Of a stretch of 64,000 bases of DNA, positions 48,345-62,714 are shown one piece after another. The first letter of the stretch is position 1; the number at the start of each line of letters is the position of its first letter. Source of the stretch: Haplodiscus bocki. Its lineage: Eukaryota. The position numbers and the translations under genes were made by a program. The stretch lies in contig OZ296649.1 in the NCBI GenBank assembly GCA_965655095.1, forward strand, positions 42,284,001 through 42,348,000, in the 5' to 3' direction. Under the pieces are notes generated by a model. It was not told the origin of the DNA. It was given only the letters and a program-made list of their open reading frames with translations, and ran no database searches.

Positions 48345-51300
48345 CCATCAGAGCAGCAACGCTTTTGACTTCTGAGAACATAAACAACTGAAGGTGTTCT
48401 GGGACCTTGGTAAGTAGTTTTTTTGGGTCAGACATTTCCCTTAGGTTGATCTCTGAGGAACGCCTCACGTTACCGTCATCCAGTCCGATATTTCATGATC
48501 AGTAGCATCAAATGCTTTTCGCCGATCAAGGAGATGTTCCTGATTGTTTTGGTTTTTTGGTTGTGTCATAGTGCCGTAAGTTGAACAATAGCATCAAGAA
48601 TGCAGTGTTGTTTTTCATATAAGCAAGTTTTTAGATTTGAGAAAGATCAAATCTTCCGAAATGTAAGTATAACCAGATTTGTATAACTTTTTCAAAGGAA
48701 TTGTTCCAAAGAGTGAAGTTATCTTTTGGCCGGTATTTCTTTTTTACTGTAGAGCCCTTTCTGAACCGAAAGTACTTCAATTTTAGGAAAAATTCTGGAA
48801 AAATCCCTGGAAAAGATTGAATAATAGGGCCAGCTAAACATTTAATTCATAGTACTTGTCCCCTTGAATTACAATAACGTAGTGTAACTCATCTTCAGAC
48901 CGAGATTTGTAGTAAAGGACTTGTATGATTTTATCAGATGATTTCTTGGAAATGGGTCGAATCTAATGTGATTCCACAAAGTTTTCGGAGTCTTTTCTCA
49001 ACCGAATCAGAATGTGACCGATTATCTCGTCAATGGTTGTCCCTATATTTTCAAAGTTCGCAGTAGCACTAATTAACGAATGACTTGTCAAATAGAGGGT
49101 GTTGTAGAGAACTTGAAGCACCAGATATTATGGACAATTCAACCATATTATTTAATTTTGGGCGTAATTTTAACATAGAATCATAGTCATCGATTCAATC
49201 TTGAACGATTTCCTACGTTTATGTTCGCTAATCAAAAATTTCCCGATGCTTCCTGACTTTGGAATTTCTTCATCCCTAAAGTATGGCAGGTCTGTCGTGT
49301 GACAGGCAACTAAGATAGTAAGATTTCTCAAATACGTGCGAAACTTGAGTTTGCGTTGAAATAGGGCGCTTTTCTTCAGAAGAGGTTGGGCGCCAAGTTT
49401 GCTGTGGATTGCCTATCGAACATTGTGTCCCGAGATTGTTTTCCATCTGAATTCTGAATTTTTTGGTATGAAGATCAGTACTTGAAGAGTTGATGGAATT
49501 AGAAAAACTCAAGAAGAAAGCTTAATTTTCCAAAGAAAAAACGATTTAAACCTAAAAGGTGTTATTTCTTTAAAACATATTTTTTCACTTAAACGTCAGT
49601 GTTTTTGCGAAGACTCATTTGTGGAAGGTTTATTGAAGCAATTATTTTTGTCCAGGAAACGTTTTGTTTTTCCAAAAATCATCATCGGCATAAATTGGGG
49701 GCTCAAAAAGCTTCCCGTGGTAGCCGGCTGTTTTGCCTCATTTCACAACCAGTTTTTTCGCTGTGAGCCAGTTCTGAGTTTCCATTGATTGAGTTTCTTT
49801 GTTTTCAGCCGTTCCCTTCAGAGCAACAATGCTTTTATTATCTGAGAACTTAAACAACTCAAGGTGTTCTGGGACTTTGGGCAAGTAGTCTTTTTATGGG
49901 AGAGAATTTTCCTTCAGTTCGATCTCTCAGGGATGCTTTACGTTGCCGTCATCCAACTCTGATATTTTTGGATCAGTAGCATCAAATGCTTTTCGCCAAT
50001 CAAGGAGATATTCCTGACATTTTTGGTCTTTTGGTTAGGTCATCGTGCCGTAAGTTCAACAATACCATCAATAGTGCAGTGTTGTTTTTCAATTAAGCAA
50101 AATGTTTGCTTTGAGAAAGATCAAACCTTCCGAAACGTAAGTAAAACCAGTTTTGCAAACCTTTTTGAAAGGAAAAGTTCCATAGAGTGAAGGTGTTTTT
50201 TGGCCGGTACTTTTTTTTCTTACTGTAGACCTCTTTCTGAACCGGAAGCACTTCAATTTTAGGAAAAAGTCTGGAAAAAGCCCTGGAAAAAGTGAATAAT
50301 AAGGCCAGCTAAATATTGAAGTCACACTACTTGTCCTCTTTAATGATAATAACGTTATGTAACTCATCATCACACCGAGATTTGTAGCAAAGGACTTGTT
50401 TTAGTTTTTCAGAAGATTGCTTGGAAATGGGTCAAATTTAATGTGATTCCACAGTGTTTTCCGAGTCTTTTCTCAACCGAATCAGAATGTGACGAATGTT
50501 TCGTCAATGGTTGTCCTTATATCTTCAAAGTTCGCAGTAGCACTAATTAACGAATGATTTATCAAACAGGGGGTTTTGTAGAAAACTGATGGCACCAGAA
50601 CATATGGACATTTCAACGAAATTACTTAAACTTGGGCGTAATTATAACCTAGAAGCATAGTCATAGGGATCAACGGGAACGATTTTCTACGTTTACGTTC
50701 GCTAATCCAAAATTTCCGCATGCTTCCCGACTTTGCAATATCTTCATCCCTAAAATATGGCACGTCTGTCCTTTGACAGGTGAGTAAAATAGTAAGACTT
50801 CTTCATATACGTGCCAAAGTTGAGTTTGCGGTAAATAAGTTTTAAATAAGTTGAATCAGAATGTGACCGAAATTTCCGTAAATGGTTAAGACTATAACTT
50901 CACAAATCGCAGTAGCATTACTTACCGAGTGACTTATCAATTAGAGGGTGTTGTAGAGAACTTGAAGCACTAGAACATCTGGACATTTCAACCAATTCAC
51001 TTGATTTCGGGCGTAATTCTAACATCGAAGCATAGTCATCGACTCAACGGGAGCAATTTAATACGTTTGCGTCGCTAATCAAAACTATCAGGACGGTTCC
51101 TGACTTTGAAGATTGTTCATACCTAAAATATGGCAGGTTTGTCGTGTGACAGGCGACTAAAATAGTAAGATTTCTCAAAAACGTGCGAAAATTGAGTTTG
51201 CGTTAAAATAAGTTGTTTCTCTTCAGATAAGGTTGGGTGGCAATATTGATGTGGATTGCCAATCGAATTTTGTTTCCCGACATTGTTTCCCATCTGAATT

Positions 51301-51380
51301 CCGATTTTTTTGGCAAAAAGATCACTACATTGATAGTTGGTGAAATTAGAATGATTCAAGAAGAAAGCTCAAGTTTCCAA
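48345..51380 (+). repeat. Duplication of 38255-41059 plus 42903-43130 (offset ~10,091), lacking the 1,843-bp tandem duplication
   Basis: ORFs match at 39185/49276 (offset 10091), 40000/50089 and 42871/51123 (offset 8252, i.e. ~10095 minus 1843). The same rearranged junction occurs at 50832-50852. Confidence 0.93.
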
Positions 51381-54300
51381 AGAAAAAACGATTTAAACCT
51401 AAATGGTTTTATTTGTTTAAAACATAACTTTTCACTTAAACGTCAGTGTTTTTGCAGAGAATCATTTGTGTAAGCTTTATTGAAGCAGTTATTTTTGCCC
51501 ACGAAACGTTTTTTATTTTAAAAATTTATCATCGGCATAAATTGAGGGCTCAAAAAGCTTCCCGTGGTAGCCTGCTGTTTTGCTTAATTTCACAACCAGT
51601 TTTCTCGGAGTGAGCCAGTTCTGAGTTTCCATTGATTGAGGTTCTTTGTTTTCAGCCGTTCCCTTCAGAGTAACAACGCTTTTATTGTCTGAGAACATAA
51701 ACAAATCAAGGTGTTCTGGGATCTTGGCTAAGTAGTCTTTGTTTTTGGGAGAGAAATTTCCTTTAGTTTGATCTCTCAGGGACGCCTCACGTTGCCGTCA
51801 TCCAATTTTGATATTTCTTGATCGGTAGCATCAAATGCTTTTCGCCAATCCAGGAGATTTTCGTGACAATTTTGGTCTTTTGGCTGCATCATCGTGCCGT
51901 AAGTTCAACAATAACATCAACAGTGCACCGTTGTTTTTCAATTGAGCGTTTTTTTTTGAGTTGAGAACGATCAAATTTTTCGGAACGTAAGTAAACCTGT
52001 TTTGCATGACCCTGTGAATTGAAATGTTCCATTTAGTGAAGATTAGTTTGGCCTGTATGTTTCTTCTTTCACCGTAAAACCCTTTCTGAACCGGAAGTAC
52101 TTCAATTTTTGAAGAAATGCCTGCAAAAGATTGATTGGTAAGGCCAGTTAAAAATTGATGTCATACTACTCGTCCTCTTAAATGACAATAACGTTTTGTA
52201 ACTCATCATCAGACCGAGATTTGTAGTAAAGGACTTGCATTAATTCATCAGATGCTTTCTTGAAGATGGGTGAAGTCTAATGTGAGTCCACAGTTTTTCC
52301 GAGTCTTTTCGCAACAGAATCAGAATTTGACCGCAATTCTCGTCAATGGTTGTCCCTATAACTTCAAAGTTCGCATTAGCACTAATTAACGAATGAGTTA
52401 TGAAATAGAGTGTGTTTTAGGGAAGTTGAAACACGAGAACGTATGGACATTTACACCAATTTTACTTATTTTCGGGCCTAATTATAACATCGAAGCAAAG
52501 CCATCCATTCAACGGGATCACTTTTCTACGTTTACGTTCGCTAATCGAAAATGTCTGGACGGCTCCTGCTTGTGGAATTTTTTCATCCCTAAAATATCGC
52601 AGGTCTGTTTTGTGAGAGGCGACTAAAATAGTAAGATTTCTCAAATACGTGCTAAATTTGAGTTTTCGGTAAAATAAGGTGTTACTCTTCAGATAAGGTT
52701 GAGTGGCATATTTGCTGTCGATTGCTTACCAAAAAATGTTCCCTGAGATTGTTTTTTATATGAATTGTGGATTCGTTCGCAAGGAAATCACTAGTTGGAA
52801 AGTTGGAGGAATGAGAAAGTTTCACAAAGAAAACGCAAATATAGAAAAGAAAATGATTTCAACCTCAACGGTTTCCTTTCCTTGAAACATCTTCTTTCCC
52901 CACAAACGTCAGTGTTCTTGCGAAGAAACATTTTTGGAAGGTTTGTTGAAGAAACCACTTCTCGTCGGGGAATTGGTTTTTCTTTCTGAAAAGCATCATC
53001 AGCAAATTTTGAGGGCTGAAAAGTTGCCCGTGGTAGTCGGCTGCCTTGTTTAAGTTTACTGCCAGTTTCCCCGCAGTGAGCCAGTTTTGAGTTTCCATTG
53101 ATTGATTATCTTTGTTTTCAGCTGTTCCCATCAGAGCAGCAACGCTTTTATTGTCTGAGAACATAAACAAGTCAAGGTGTTCTGGGACCTTGGTAAGTGG
53201 TTTTTATTTTGGGAAAGACATTTCCCCTAGGTTGATCTCTGAGGAACGCCTCACGTTACCAACATTCAATCTGATACTTCATGATCAGTAGCATCAAATG
53301 CTTTTCACCGATCAAGGAGATGTTGCTGTCTTTTTTGGTCTTTTGGTTTCGTCATCGTGCCGTAAGTTCAACCTTAACATCAACAGTGCAGTGTTGTTCT
53401 CCATTTAAGCAATTTTTTGATTTGAGAAAGATCAATTTTTCCGAAACGTAAGTAAAACCTGTTTTGCAAAACCTTTGAAAGGAATTGTTCCAAACAGCGA
53501 AGGTTTTTTTTGGCTTGTTTTTTTCTTGTCTTACTCTAAAGCCCTTTCTGAACCGGAAGTAAATCATTTTTTGAACAAAATACCTGGAAAAGTTTGAATA
53601 ACAAGGCCAGTTAAATATTGAAGGCATAAAACATGTCCACTTGAACGCCAATAACGTTATGTAACTCATCAACAGACGGAGATTGGTCGTAAAGGACTCG
53701 TAATTTTTTATCAGATGTTTTCTTGAAGTTAGATGAAGTCTAATGTGATTCCACAGTGTTTTCCGAGTCTTTTCTCACTCGAATCAGAATGTGACCGAAA
53801 TTTTCATCAACGGTTATCCCTATTTCTTCAATGTTCGAACTAGCACTAATTGACGAACGGTATATCAAACAGAGAATGTTGTAGTGAAGTTGTTGCACCA
53901 GAACATATGGACATTTCAACCAATTTACTTAACTTTGGGCGTAATTTTAACATCGAAGCATAGTCAGCGATTCAAGGGGAACAATTTTCTACGTTTACGT
54001 CGGCAATCAAAACCATCAGGACGGTTCCTGACTTTGAACTGATTTCATCCCTAAAGTATGGCAGGTCTGCGGTGTGGGAGGCGACTAAAATAAAGTAAGA
54101 TTTCTCAAAAACTTGCGAAAATAGAGTTTTCGGTAAAGTAAAAGGTTTTTTTTTCATATAAGGATGGTTGGCAATTTTGCTGTGGATTGCCTACCAAATA
54201 TTGTTCCCTGAGAATGTTTTTCTTATGAATTGTGAATTTTGTTCGCAAAGAAATCACTAGTTGGAAAGTTGGAGGAATTAGAAAGTTTCACGAAGAAAGA

Positions 54301-57300
54301 GCAAATATTGAAAGGAAAATGATTTCAAACTGAACGGTTTCATTTCCTTGAAACATCTTCTTTCCCCACAAACGTCAGTGTTCTTGCGAAGACTCATTTG
54401 CGGAAGGCTTGTTGAAGAAACTACTTTTCGTCGAGGGAACGTTTTTTGTTTCTGAAAAGCATTATCAGCAAAGTTGAGGGCTGAAAAATTTCCCGTGGTA
54501 GCCGACTGTTTTATTAAGTTCACTGCCAGTTTCCTCGCAGTGAGCCAGTTTTGAGCTTCCATTGATTGGTTTTCTTTGTTTTCAGCTGTTCCCTTCAGAG
54601 CAGCAACGCTTTCATCGTCTGAGAACATAAACAATTGAAGGTGTTCTGGGACCTTGGGTAAGTTTTTTTTTATTTTGGGAGAGAAATTTGGATGAGGTTG
54701 ATATCTGAGGAACACCTTACGTTACCGCCATCCAAACTGATATTTCATAATCAAAAGCATCAAAAGCTTTTAGCGAATCAAGCAGGTTTTTTGACGTTTC
54801 TGGTTGCATCATCGTGCCGTAAGTTCAATAATAGCATCAAAAGTGCAGTGTTGTTTTCAAAAAAGCAATTTACCTGATTTGAAAAAGATAACTTCTTTCG
54901 AAATGTAAGTAAAACCTGTTTTGCATAATCCTTCGAAAGGAAATGTTCCGAACAGTGAAGGTTAATTTTGGCCGATGTTTTTCTTCTGATACTGTGAACA
55001 GGAAGTACTGCAGTTTTTGCAAAAAGTGTCGAAAAAAGCCTAGAAAAGATTGAATAATAAGACCATTTAAATATTGGAGTCATGATACTGGTCCTCTTGA
55101 ATGACAATAACGTTTTGTGTCTCATGATCAGACGGAGATTCGTGATAAAGGACTTGTATTAATTTATCGGATGCTTTCGTGAAGATGAGTGAAGTCTCAT
55201 GTGTTTCCACGGTGTTTTCCGAGTCTTTCAGCAACCGAATCAGGATGTGACCGAAACTCTCGTCAATGGTTAGTCCTATGTCTTCCGAGTTCGCAGTAGC
55301 ACTAATTAACGAATGACTTGTCAAATAGAGGGTGTTGTAGAGAACTTGAAGCACTAGAACATATGGACATTTCAACCAATTTACTTGCTTTTGGGCCTAA
55401 TTGTAACATCGAAGAATAGCCATCGATTCAACGGGAGCGAGTTTCTACGTTTACGTTGCTAATCAAAAATATCAGGACGGTTCCAAACTTCGGAATTTTT
55501 CTCATCCCTAAAGTATGACAGGTCTGTTGTGTGACAGGCGACTAAAAGAGTAAGAATTCTCAAACACGGGCGAAAATTGAGTTTGCGGTAAAATAAGGTG
55601 TTTTTCTTCAGATAAGGTTGGGTGGCAAATTTGATGTGGATTGCCAATCGAATATTGTTTCCCGAGGTTGTTTTCTATCTGAATTCTGAATATCATGGCA
55701 GCAAGACCACAACATGGAAAGTTGGTAGGAGTAGAAAGATTCAGGAAGAAACCTCAATTTTCCAAAGAAAAAACGATTGAAACCTAAACGTTTTTTTTCT
55801 TTAAAAAATCTCTTTTTCCCACAAACGTCAGTGTTCTTGTGAAGGTTCATTTCAGGAAGGTTTGTTGAAGCAACTACTTTTTGTCAAGGAAACGCTTTTT
55901 TTTTCTGAATATCATCATCGGCAAATTTTGAGTGCTGAAAAGTTGCCCGTGGTAGCCGGCTTTCTTGTTTAAGTTCATTACCAGTTTCCTCGAAGTGAGC
56001 CAGTTTTGAGTTTGCATTGATTGATTTTCTTTGTTTTCAGCTGTTCCCTTCAGAGCGGCAACGCTTTTATCGTCTGCGAACAAAAACAACTCAAGGTGTT
56101 CTGGGACATTGGGTAAGTAGTCTTTGTTATGGGAGAGAAAATTCACCTTGGTTGATCTCTCAGGAACGCCTCACGTTGCCGTCATCCACTTCTGATTTTT
56201 CTTGATCAGTAGCATCAAAGGCTTTTTGCCAATCAAGAGATGTTCCTGACATTTTTGGTCTTTTGGTTGCGTCATCGTGCCGTAAGTTCAAAAATAAGAT
56301 CAACACTGCAGTGTTGTTTATCAATTGAGCATTTTTTTTAATTGAGAAAGGACAAAATTTTCGATATGTAAGTAAACTTGTTTTGCATAACCCTTTGAAT
56401 GGAAATGTTCCAAAAAGTGAAGGTTAATTTTGGTCTGTATTTTTTTATTTTTCCTCTCTTACTGTAGAGCCCTTTCTGAACCTGAAGTACTTCAATTTTT
56501 GGAAGGAATGCATGGAAAAGGTTGAATGATAAGGCCAGTTATATATTGATGTCATACTACTAGTTCTCTTGAATGACATTAACGTTATGTAACTCATCGT
56601 CACACCGAGATTTGTAGTAAAGGACTTGTATTAATTTATCAGATGCTTTTTTGAAGATGAGTGAAGTCTCTTTTGCTTCCACAGTGTTTTCCGAATCTTT
56701 TCACAACCGAATGAGAATTTGACCGAATTTCTTGTCAATGGTTAGTCCTATATCTTCAAAGTTCGCAGTAGCACTAATTAACGAATGAGTTATCAAATAG
56801 AGTGATTTAGAGAAGTTGAAACACGAGAACATATGGACCTTTACACCAATTTACTTATTTTCGGGCCTGAATATAACATCGAAGCATAGCCATCGGTTCA
56901 ACGTGAACAATTTTCTACGTTTACGTTTGCTAATCAAAAATGTCCGGACGGCTCCTGACTTTGGAATTTCTTCATCCCTAAAATATGGCAGGTCTGCTTT
57001 GTGAGAGGCGACTAAAAAAGTAAGGTGTCTCAAATACGTGTTAATTATGTGTTTCCGGTAAATACTGGTGTTTGACTTCAGATAAGTTTGAGTGGCATAT
57101 TTGCTGTGGATTGCCTATCGAATATTGTTCCCTGAGATTGACATTCATATGATTTCTGATTTTTTTTTCGCAAGAAAATCAATGTTTGGAAAATTGGAGA
57201 AATTAGAATGTTTCACGCAGAAAGCGCAGTTATTGAAAGAAAAAACGGTTTCAGCCTAATAATTTTTTTCCTTAAAACATCTTTTCTTCCCACAAACTTC

Positions 57301-57939
57301 AACGTTCTTGCGAAGAATCGTTTGTAGAAGGTTTGTTGAAGAAACTACTTTTTGACGAGGAAACGTTATTTCTTTCCGAAAAGCATCATCAGCAAAATTT
57401 GAGGGCTGAAGAGTTTCGCGTGGTAGCCGGCTGTCTTGTTTAAGTTCACTACAAGTTTCCTCACAGTGAGCCAGCTTTGAGTTGCCAAAGATTGATTTTC
57501 TTTGTTTTCAGCTGTTCCGTTCAGAGCAGCAACGCTTTTATCGTCTGAGAACATAGACAACTCAAGGTGATCTGGGACCTTGAGTAAGTAGTCTTTGTTA
57601 TGGGAGAGAAAATTCACCTTGGTTGATCTCTCAGGAACGCCTGAAGTTGCCGTCATCCAATTCTGATTTTTTTTGATCAGTAGCATCAAAGGCTATTAGC
57701 CAATCAAAGAGATGTTCCTGACATTTTTGGTCTTTTGGTTGCGTCATCGTGCCTTAAGTTCAAAAACAACATCAACACTGCAGTGTTGATTATCAATTGA
57801 GCATTTTTTTGAGTTGAAAAAGGGCAATTTTTTCGAAATGTAAGTAGACCTGTTTTGCATAACCCTTTGAAATGAAATGTTCCAAAAAGTGAAGGTTAGT
57901 TTTGGCCTGTATTTTTTTTATTCTTCCTCTCTTACTCTA

Positions 57940-60930
57940 GAGCCCTTTCTGAACCTGAAGTACTTCAATTTTTGGAAGAAATGCATGGGAAAGTTTGAAT
58001 GATAAGGCCAGTTAAATATTGATGTCATACTACTCGTTCTCTTGAATTACATTAACGTTATGTAACTCTTCGGCACACCGAGATTTGTAGTAAAGGACTT
58101 GTATTAATTTATCAGATGCTTTTTTGAAGATGAGTGAAGTCTCATGTGCTTCCACAGTGTTTTCCGAGTCTTTCCACAACCGAATCAGAATTTGACCGAA
58201 ATTTTCGTCATTGGTTAGTCCTATACCTTCAAAATTCAAAGTAGCTTTAATTAACGAATGAGTTATCAAATAGAGGGTGTTGTAGAGAACTTGAAACACT
58301 AGAACATATGGAAATTTACACCAATTTACTTATTTTCGGGCCTGAATAGAACATCGAAGCGTAGCCATCGACTCAACGGGAACATTTTGCTACGTTTACG
58401 TTCGCTAAACAAAAATGTCCGCACGGATCCTGACTTTGGAGTTTCTTCATCAATAAAATATGGCCGGTCTGTCGTGTGAGAGGCGACTAAAATAAAAAGA
58501 TTTATCAAATGCGTGCTATTCTAGAGTTTTCGGGAAATTAGGTGTTAGTCTTCAGATAAGGTTGAGTGGCATATTTGCTGTCTATTGCCTACCAAATTTT
58601 GTTCCCTGGGATTGTTTTTTTTCATGAATTGTGAATATTTTGCAAGGATAACACTAGTTGGAAAATTGGAGGAATTGGAAAGTTTCACAAAGGAAGCACA
58701 AATATTGAAAAGAAATTGACTTCAACCTCAACGGTTTCATTTCCTTGAAACATCTTCTTTCCGCAAAAAAGTTAGTATTCCTGCGAAGAAACTTTCTTGG
58801 AAGGTTTGTTGAAAAAACTACTTTTCGTCGAGGAAACGCTTTTTCTTTCTGAAAAACATCATCAGCAAATTTTGAGGGGTGAAAAGCTTCCCGTGGTAGC
58901 CGGCTGTCTTGTTTAATTTCACAACCAGTTTTTTTGCAGTGAGCCACTTTTGAGTTTGCATTGATTGATTTTCTTTGTTTTCAGCTGTTCCTTTCAGAGC
59001 AGCAACGCTTTTATGTCTGAGAACATAGACAACTGAAGTTGATTTGGGACCTTGGGTAAGTAGTCTTTGTTATGGGAGAGAAAATTCACCTTGGTTGATC
59101 TCTCAGGAACGCCTCACGTTGCCGTCATCCAATTCTGATTTTTCCTGATCAGTAGCATCAAAGCCTTTTCGCCAATCAAGAGATGTTCCTGACATTTTTG
59201 GTCTTTTGGTTGCGTCATCGTGCCTTAAGTTCAAAAATAACATCAACACTGCAGTGTTGATTATCAATTTAGCATTTTTTTGAGTTGAGAAAGGGCAATT
59301 TTTTCGAAATGTAAGTAAACCTGTTTTGCATAACCCTTTGAATGGAAATGTTCCAAAAAGTGAAGGTTAATTTTGGTCTGTATTTTTTTTATTTTTCCTC
59401 TCTAACTGTAGAGCCCTTTCTGAACCTGAAGTACTTCAATTTTTGGAAGAAATGCATGGGAAAGTTTGAATGATAAGGCCAGTTAAATATTGATGTCATA
59501 CTACTCGTTCTCTTGAATTACATTAACGTTATGTAACTCTTCGGCACACCGAGATTTGTAGTAAAGGACTTGTATTAATTTATCAGATGCTTTTTTGAAG
59601 ATGAGTGAAGTCTCATGTGCTTCCACAGTGTTTTCCGAGTCTTTCCACAACCGAATCAGAATTTGACCGAAATTTTCGTCATTGGTTAGTCCTATACCTT
59701 CAAAATTCAAAGTAGCTTTTATTAACGAATGAGTTATCAAATAGAGGGTGTTGTAGAGAACTTGAAACACTAGAACATATGGAAATTTACACCAATTTAC
59801 TTATTTTCGGGCCTGAATAGAACATCGAAGCATAGCCATCGACTCAACGGGAACATTTTGCTACGTTTACGTTCGCTAAACAAAAATGTCCGCACGGATC
59901 CTGACTTTGGAGTTTCTTCATCAATAAAATATGGCCGGTCTGTCGTGTGAGAGGCGACTAAAATAAAAAGACTTATCAAATGCGTGCTATTTTAGAGTTT
60001 TCGGGAAATTAGGTGTTACTCTTCAGATAAGGTTGAGTGGCATATTTGCTGTCGATTGCCTGCCAAATATTGTTCCCTGAGATGGTTTTTCGTATGAATT
60101 GTGAACGTTTTCGCAAGGAAATCACTAGTTGGAATTTTGGAGGAATTAGAAAGTTTCACAAAGGAAGCACAAATATTGAAAAGAAATTGACTTCAACCTC
60201 AACGGTTTCATTTCCTTGAAACATCTTCTTTCCGCAAAAAAGTTAGTATTCCCGCGAAGAAACTTTCTTGGAAGGTTTGTTGAAAAAACTACTTTTCGTC
60301 GAGGAAACGCTTTTTCTTTCTGAAAAGCATCATCAGCAAATTTTGAGGGGTGAAAAGCTTCCCGTGGTAGCCGGCTGTCTTGTTTAATTTCACAACCAGT
60401 TTTTTTGCAGTGAGCCACTTTTGAGTTTGCATTGATTGATTTTCTTTGTTTTCAGCTGTTCCTTTCAGAGCAGCAACGCTTTTATGTCTGAGAACATAGA
60501 CAACTGAAGTTGATTTGGGACCTTGGGTAAGTAGTCTTTGTTATGGGAGAGAAAATTCACCTTGGTTGATCTCTCAGGAACGCCTCACGTTGCCGTCATC
60601 CAATTCTGATTTTTCCTGATCAGTAGCATCAAAGCCTTTTCGCCAATCAAGAGATGTTCCTGACATTTTTGGTCTTTTGGTTGCGTCATCGTGCCTTAAG
60701 TTCAAAAATAACATCAACACTGCAGTGTTGATTATCAATTTAGCATTTTTTTGAGTTGAGAAAGGGCAATTTTTTCGAAATGTAAGTAAACCTGTTTTGC
60801 ATAACCCTTTGAATGGAAATGTTCCAAAAAGTGAAGGTTAATTTTGGTCTGTATTTTTTTTATTTTTCCTCTCTAACTGTAGAGCCCTTTCTGAACCTGA
60901 AGTACTTCAATTTTTGGAAGAAATGCATGG
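57940..60930 (+). repeat. Recent single-monomer tandem duplication (period 1,471 bp)
   Basis: ORFs at 58030/59501 are identical and those at 58326/59797 near-identical. Private gcacggatcctgac and ccgcaaaaaagttagtattc occur in both copies. Confidence 0.93.
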
Positions 60931-62714
60931 AAAAGATTGAATGATAAGGCCAGTTAAACATTGATGTCATACTACTCGTTCTCTTGAATGACATTAACGT
61001 TATGTAACTCATCGTCACACCGAGATTTGTAGTAAAGGACCTGTATTAATTTATCAAATGTATTTTTTGAAGATGAGTGAAGTCTCGTGTGATTCCACAG
61101 TGTTTTCCGAGTCTTTTCACAACCAAATCAGAATTTGACCGAAATTCTCGTCAATGGTTAGTCCTCTATCTTCAAAGTTCGCAGTAGCACTAATTAACGA
61201 ATGACTTGTCAAATAGAGGGTGTTGTAGAGAACTTGAAGCACTAGAACATATGGCCATTTCAACCAATTTACTTGATTTCGGGCCTAATTGTAACATCGA
61301 AGCATAGTCATTGATTCAACGGGAGCGATTTTCTACGTTTACGTTGCTAATCAAAAATATCAGGACGGTTCCTGACTTTGGAATTTAATCATCCCTAAAG
61401 TTTGGCAGATCTGTCGTGTGACAGGCGACTAAGAGAATAAGATTTCTCAAACACGTGCGAAAATTGAGTTTGCGGTAAAATAAGGTGTTTTTCTTCAAAT
61501 AAGTTTGGGTGGCAAATTTGATGTGGATTGCCAATCGAATATTGATTCCCGACAATGTTTCCCATCTGAATTCCGAATTTTTTGGCAAAAATATCACTAC
61601 ATTGAAAGTTGGTGAAATTAGAATGATTCAAGGAGAAAGCTCAAGTTTCCAAAGAAAAAACGATTTAAACTTAAATGGTTTTATTTCTCTAAAATATATT
61701 TTTTCACTTAAACGTCAGTGTTTTTGCGAAGAATCATTTGTGGAAGGTTTATTGAAAGAATTATTTTTGTCCAGGAAACGTTTTTTCTTTCTAAAAATCA
61801 TCATCAGCATAAATTGAGGGCTCAAAAAGCTTCCCGTGGTAGCCGGCTGTTTTGCTTAATTTCACAACCAGTTTTCTCGCAGTAAGCCAGTTCTGAGTTT
61901 CCATTGATTGATTTTCTATGTTTTCAGCTATTCCCTTCAGAGCAACAACGCTTTTTTTGTCTGAGAACAAAAACAATTCGAGGTGTTCTGGGACCTTGGG
62001 TAAGTAGTCTTTGAAATTGGGAGAGAAATTTCCCTTAGTTTGGTTTCTCAGGGACGCCTCACGTTGCCGTCATCCAACTCTGATATTTTTGGATCAGCAG
62101 CATCAAATGTTTTTTGCCAATCAAGGAGATGTTCCTAACAATTTTGGTCTTTTGGTTGCGTCATTGTGCCGTAAGTTCAAAAAGAACATTAACAGTGCAC
62201 CGTTGTTTTTCAATTGAGCGTTTTTTTGAGTTGAGAAAGATCATATTTTTCGAATTTTAAGGAAACCTGTTTTGCATGACCCTGTGAATTGAAATTTTCC
62301 ATTTAGGGAAGAATATTTTGGCCTGTATTTATCTTCTCTCACTGTAGAACCCTTTTTGAAGCAATAACACTTCAATTTTCGGCAGAAATGCCTGCAAAAG
62401 TTTGATTGGTAAGGCCAAATAAAAATTGATGTCATACTACTCGTCCTCTTAAATGACAATAACGTTATGTAACTCATCATCAGACCGAGATTTGTAGTAA
62501 AGGACTTGTATTATTTTTTATCAGATGCTTTCTTGAAGATGGGTGAAATCTAATGTGATTCCACAGTGTTTTCCGAGTCTTTTCACAACCGAATCAGAAT
62601 TTGACCGAAATTTTCGTCAATGGTTAGTCCTATACCTTCAAAATTCAAAGTAGCTTTAATTAACGAATGAGTTATCAAATAGAGGGTGTTGTAGAGAACT
62701 TGAAACACTAGAAC

